Assembly: GCF_001194135.2 (NCBI RefSeq) | Contig: NC_068994.1 | Location: 22,012,363-22,076,362, forward strand | Source: Octopus bimaculoides | Lineage: Eukaryota | Length of the DNA: 64,000 nucleotides | Direction: 5' to 3' | Part shown: positions 62,318-64,000 of the stretch, in pieces | How the letters are laid out: every line of letters starts with the position of its first letter | Numbering within the stretch: the first letter of the stretch is position 1 | Notes under the pieces: generated by a model | What the model was told of the DNA's origin: nothing | The model's database searches: none | What the model saw: the letters and a program-made list of their open reading frames with translations, nothing else | Translations under genes and position numbers: made by a program

Positions 62318-63315
62318 TGAAAGGTAGACTGTATGATGCATGTGTGCGGACAGCCATGCTACACGGCAGTGAAACATGGGCCGTGACTGCTGAGGACATG
62401 TGTAAGCTTGCAAGAAATGAAGCTAGTATGCTTCACTGGATGTGTAATGTCAGTGCGCATGCATAACAGACTGTAAGTGCCCTGAGACACAACTGCGCTG
62501 GTATGGTCATATGTTATGAATGGATGAGGACAGTTGTGTGTAAAAGTGTCACACCCTGGCAGTAGAGGGAACCTGTGGAAGAGGTAGACCTGGGAAGACC
62601 TGGGATGAAATGGTGAAGCACAACCTTCGAATGTTGGGCCTCATGGAGGTGATGACGAACGAAAGAGACCTTTGGAGATGTGCTATGCTTGAGAAGACCC
62701 AACAAGCCAAATGAGACCATAACCATGGCCTGTACCAGTGTAGCATAACCAGCCCATTTAAGAGTACCCTTCAATCATTGGGCAATAAACTGCTTCAGAA
62801 GACCTGTTGAGTCAAGTGAAATCATTGTCATGGCCGAGACCAGTACCGCCTGACTGGCACACGTGCCAGTGGCATGTAAAAAGCACTATTCAAGCGTGGT
62901 CGATGCCAGTGCTGCCTGACTGATCCTGTGCTGGTGGCACGTAAAAAAGTATCATTCGAGTGTGGCTGTTGTCAGTGCCGCCTGACTGGCTCCTGTGATG
63001 GTGTCATGTAAAAAGCACTGTTTGAGTGTGTTCATTGCCGGTGCCACCTAACTGGCTCCTGTGCTAGTGGCATGTAAAAAGCATCATTCGAGCATGGTTG
63101 ATGCCAGTACTGCCTGACAGGCCCTCGTGCCGGTGGCATGTAAAAAGCACCCACTACACTCTCAGAATAGTTGGCACTAGGAAGGGCATCCAGATGTAGA
63201 AACCTTGCCAGATCAGATTGGAGCCTGGTACAGTCTTCTGGCTTGCCAGTCTTCAGTAAAAACCGTCCAACCCATACCAGCATGGAAAGTGGACGTCAAA
63301 CAATGATGATGGTGT
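62318..63315 (+). mobile_element. RTE LINE 3' end with long 3' UTR and (GAT)n-like tail
   Basis: GRLYDACVRTAMLHGSETWAVTAEDM.KL.RNEASML.WMC; LRWYGH; GRGRPGKTWDE; ends AACAATGATGATG. Confidence 0.88.
62841..63155 (+). repeat. 66-bp minisatellite, about 4.7 diverged copies, inside the RTE 3' UTR
   Basis: Unit CAGT.C.GCCTGACTGG..C.GTGC..GTGGCATGTAAAAAGCA..ATTC.AG.GTGG...TG. at 66-bp period. Confidence 0.88.
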
Positions 63316-63684
63316 TGTATAATTGACTGTAGAAATAAAGATTTAAGAAACAAAATTGAAAGAGAACAGACAAAAAAGCTAGCTATCAAATAAAGAACAG
63401 GAATTAGCAAAAAAATCAAGATAATAGAGTATCATATTACATACAGAACAAGGCCAATAGCAACAAAGTCATGCAAACGGAATGAGTTCAGTGTAGGCAT
63501 TATATATAAATTAGGGCAGAGAAGGTTTCACAGTATCACAAGGAAGATTAGAATGTGAGTTATCTTGTGAGATACATAAATGATTCATACTGCCATACTC
63601 TACCTAATATCCAATAGTGTCAGACTTATACACATATGCAGAGAAAAACAACAATTACTGAGACAAAGACATTCCTATTATATT

Positions 63685-64000
63685 CTTTTACTTGTTTCAG
63701 TCATTAGACTGCGGTCATGCTGGGGCACTGTCTTGAAGGATTTAGTTGAACAAATCGACCCCACTACTTTTTTTAAGCCTGGTATTTCTATCAGTCTCTT
63801 TTTAATGCACCACTAAGTTACAGGGATGTAAACAAACCAACACCAGTTCTCAGAAGTGGTGGGGGTCAATCACAAACACACATAGACTACACACACACAC
63901 ACAAGGAGCTTTTTCAGTTTATATCCATCAAATCCAAGGCCTTGGTCAGCCCAGGGCTATAGTGGACAACACTTGCCCAAGGTGCCAAGCAGTGGAACAG
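63685..64000 (+). mobile_element. SINE family B copy, truncated by the window end
   Basis: TTTTACTTGTTTCAGTCATTAGACTGCGGTCATGCTGGGGCAC..CTAAGTTACAGGGA..CTTGCCCAAGGTGCCAAGCAGTGG. Confidence 0.75.

Noticed and set aside
62841-63155. CRISPR-like array interpretation of the 66-bp repeats
   Set aside because: Eukaryotic context, no unique spacers (whole units align), no cas genes; it sits in a LINE 3' UTR

Overview
Eukaryotic, AT-rich (about one-third GC by eye), microsatellite-dense draft genomic DNA with about 11 N-gaps. The repeat families look to me like those of Octopus-type coleoid cephalopods; this is inference, no search was run. There are two supportable protein-coding genes, both on the minus strand. 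(1) An intronless 722-aa OSCA/TMEM63 (CSC1-like) mechanosensitive channel at 17729-19897. (2) Five spliced exons (56457-56315, 53579-53475, 50447-50330, 47570-47219, 37599-35818) of a Tks4/Tks5 (SH3PXD2)-like adaptor with four SH3 domains; its PX-domain exons were not found and probably lie beyond base 64000. The rest is mostly transposon debris: Helitron Rep/helicase relics and termini, Helentron-type HINEs, four Penelope-like fragments, RTE LINEs, a CRE-like RLE retrotransposon tail, three mariner derivatives (one a 541-bp fold-back), hAT-Charlie, a pogo/Tigger-type MITE and two SINE families. The most notable observation is a Penelope fragment in the last intron of the SH3PXD2-like gene, bracketed by ~310-bp inverted pseudo-LTRs that each carry a type I hammerhead ribozyme motif. 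The intact hammerhead is sense to the host pre-mRNA, and its antisense twin is transcribed just before it.
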